This document shows positions 63,601 to 64,000 of a stretch of DNA of 64,000 nucleotides, one piece after another. Source of the stretch: an uncultured Haloferula sp. (lineage in GTDB: Bacteria > Verrucomicrobiota > Verrucomicrobiia > Verrucomicrobiales > Akkermansiaceae). The notes beneath the pieces were generated by a model. It had not been told where the DNA came from. It did no database searches and saw nothing but the letters and a program-made list of their open reading frames with translations. The stretch's first letter is position 1. Each line of letters starts with the position of its first letter. The position numbers and the translations under genes are program-made. Location: the NCBI GenBank assembly GCA_965652295.1, contig CBFGTS010000008.1, positions 32,001 to 96,000 of the forward strand, read 5' to 3'.

Positions 63601-64000
63601 CGGTCATCGACTGCCGGTGGTCCCAGCGGATGCGCAGGTTGTCGATGCGCCAACGCCAACCCTGGATGGCGGAATCCCAAATCGGGGCGGGAGCAGGGAT
63701 GCTGGAGGGGTCGCCGGGGTCGCTGCCGGATGCGACTTCGAGGTCGTCCGTGAAAGTGTCGTTGTCCGTGTCGGTCAGCACGGGTGAGGAGGGGAACGGC
63801 TGGGCGGTGAGTTCGGTGCCGTCGGGCAAGGTGTCGCCATCGGTATCGCCGAGGAGCGGGTCGGTGCCGTGGCTGTCCTCGTCGCCATCGACGATGCCAT
63901 CGTGGTCGGTGTCGGCGAGATGGGGGTCGGTGCCCCGGATGAGTTCGTCGGCGTTTTCGAGTCCGTCGCCATCGGCATCGAGGTGCGAGTCAGGGACGGC
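60695..64000 (-). CDS. DUF1800 family protein with long N-terminal extension of DxDxDG Ca-binding repeats; 5' end outside window
   Basis: Frame is open to base 64000. Repeats DxDGDG..E...GTDP. DUF1800 motifs ASRLLMQATFGPT, DQLRQRVAFALSEI, PDENFAREIMQLFTIGL, HPNTAPF, GKVREP, PSVFNFF. Confidence 0.9.
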   Translation of the reverse strand, partial: AVPDSHLDADGDGLENADELIRGTDPHLADTDHDGIVDGDEDSHGTDPLLGDTDGDTLPDGTELTAQPFPSSPVLTDTDNDTFTDDLEVASGSDPGDPSSIPAPAPIWDSAIQGWRWRIDNLRIRWDHRQSMTGAINSSSTNLFEAIVEFDDQSWTHEMAMGLVYRNGVIAHRFRCTQNLFHYPGHPEWGIYATGSTDPANDLSAALGFSDHGDGDESHPLRLEMTAVRPDPGINAWTLTFSIHHLADPGSPTLIASRQWTDHVAVDPHLLDGSASWTSVDGIPGFTTFESEPGITPFLASHAVGTADSDDDGMPDTWETAHTFNPADPADATLDSDADTLDNLTEFLAGTDPHAADTDDDGISDATELALGTSPLIASSAPAWHGFSGNLDDLDNDGLSDAWSLWSGGKTRAALDDDDGDGMSNRAESEAGTDPDDPNSRLRMRSETEGDDLHLAWTRLDHKAHWLESSSDLAQWDPFDPPGFGLTPTEITATLPDALLAEPSYFRAGVGSVDSDGDGVEDWVETHVLFSDPDSPDSLAASTTDPAAGPLAGDARALLDTIASGTTGGGTSPSTSAPSPVHASRLLMQATFGPTLEEIDHVRTTGVEAWIDEQLSLPPSLLRPYIVRIKEDAAGPHLDRTYDYNEDNSFVTGSNITTPWARHAISAPDQLRQRVAFALSEILVISRRDAQLAEMPEALADYYDHLINGAFGSYADLLTGVALHPNMGWYLSHVGNQKADPSIPRYPDENFAREIMQLFTIGLWELNPDGTRKLDETGEPIPTYDNGDITELARVFTGLYYDAPYGWGGGGWSESHFLKPMVMWAEHHDFGRKELPGGVILPARDPSDQAGMQEVREAVQALVRHPNTAPFLSKHLIRFLVTDNPSPSYVGRVSSAFSASGGNLGETVRAILLDDEARRMPLDPTFGKVREPVIRTMHLARLGRVMDLHPDFVWWNPEQLYYGYSFQEPFYSPSVFNFFTPEYQAPGEIRELGLVSPGFQIIDSYSAISFPNRLWDYLRDGFISSWSGPRYPLDYARFLLDAATPEILVDRLNLLVCAGSMTARTRGLILDVLENTDLTREQRVALALWTSLTCPEGTVQR

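Noticed and set aside
1..64000. CRISPR array, IS/transposase, integrase, rRNA
   Set aside because: None noticed; the repeats present are intragenic domain duplications.

Overview
High-GC bacterial DNA, most consistent with a Verrucomicrobiaceae genome (Haloferula/Luteolibacter-like). The evidence is PEP-CTERM proteins, a TIGR02999-type ECF sigma factor, a Verru_Chthon-like pilin triad and a DUF1501/DUF1800 pair; the taxonomy is inferred from gene content. The window has three parts. (1) 1-21.4 kb is an accessory locus with all intact genes on the + strand, ending at the 3' end of tRNA-Phe via a degraded ATPase pseudogene. It carries two PEP-CTERM proteins, large secreted modular proteins built from a recurrent uncharacterised beta-rich domain, a ~1830-aa protein (PA14, beta-propeller, cadherin and DUF1080 domains), a GH31-PA14 glycosidase, and an ECF sigma plus Ser/Thr kinase pair that brackets two surface-protein genes. 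(2) 21.5-53.3 kb is mostly housekeeping: parB, thiSH, acpP, accA, panB, folK, dapBAF, trpA, nuoBC, galE, aroB, adk and fmt. A vapBC plus decayed zeta-like module is inserted between dapF and dapA, a perfect Rex/CRP-type palindrome lies before nuoB, and many promoters look leaderless. (3) 53.3-64 kb holds sugar catabolism genes (araD, kduI, kduD, GH2) and an operon of an extended DUF1800 protein, a DUF1501 protein and a pseudopilin-like protein. The best candidate for an undescribed system is the kinase/ECF-associated modular surface glycan locus in part 1. Its candidate docking or sorting module also appears in the DUF1800 protein. All family assignments come from motif recognition by eye, not from database searches.
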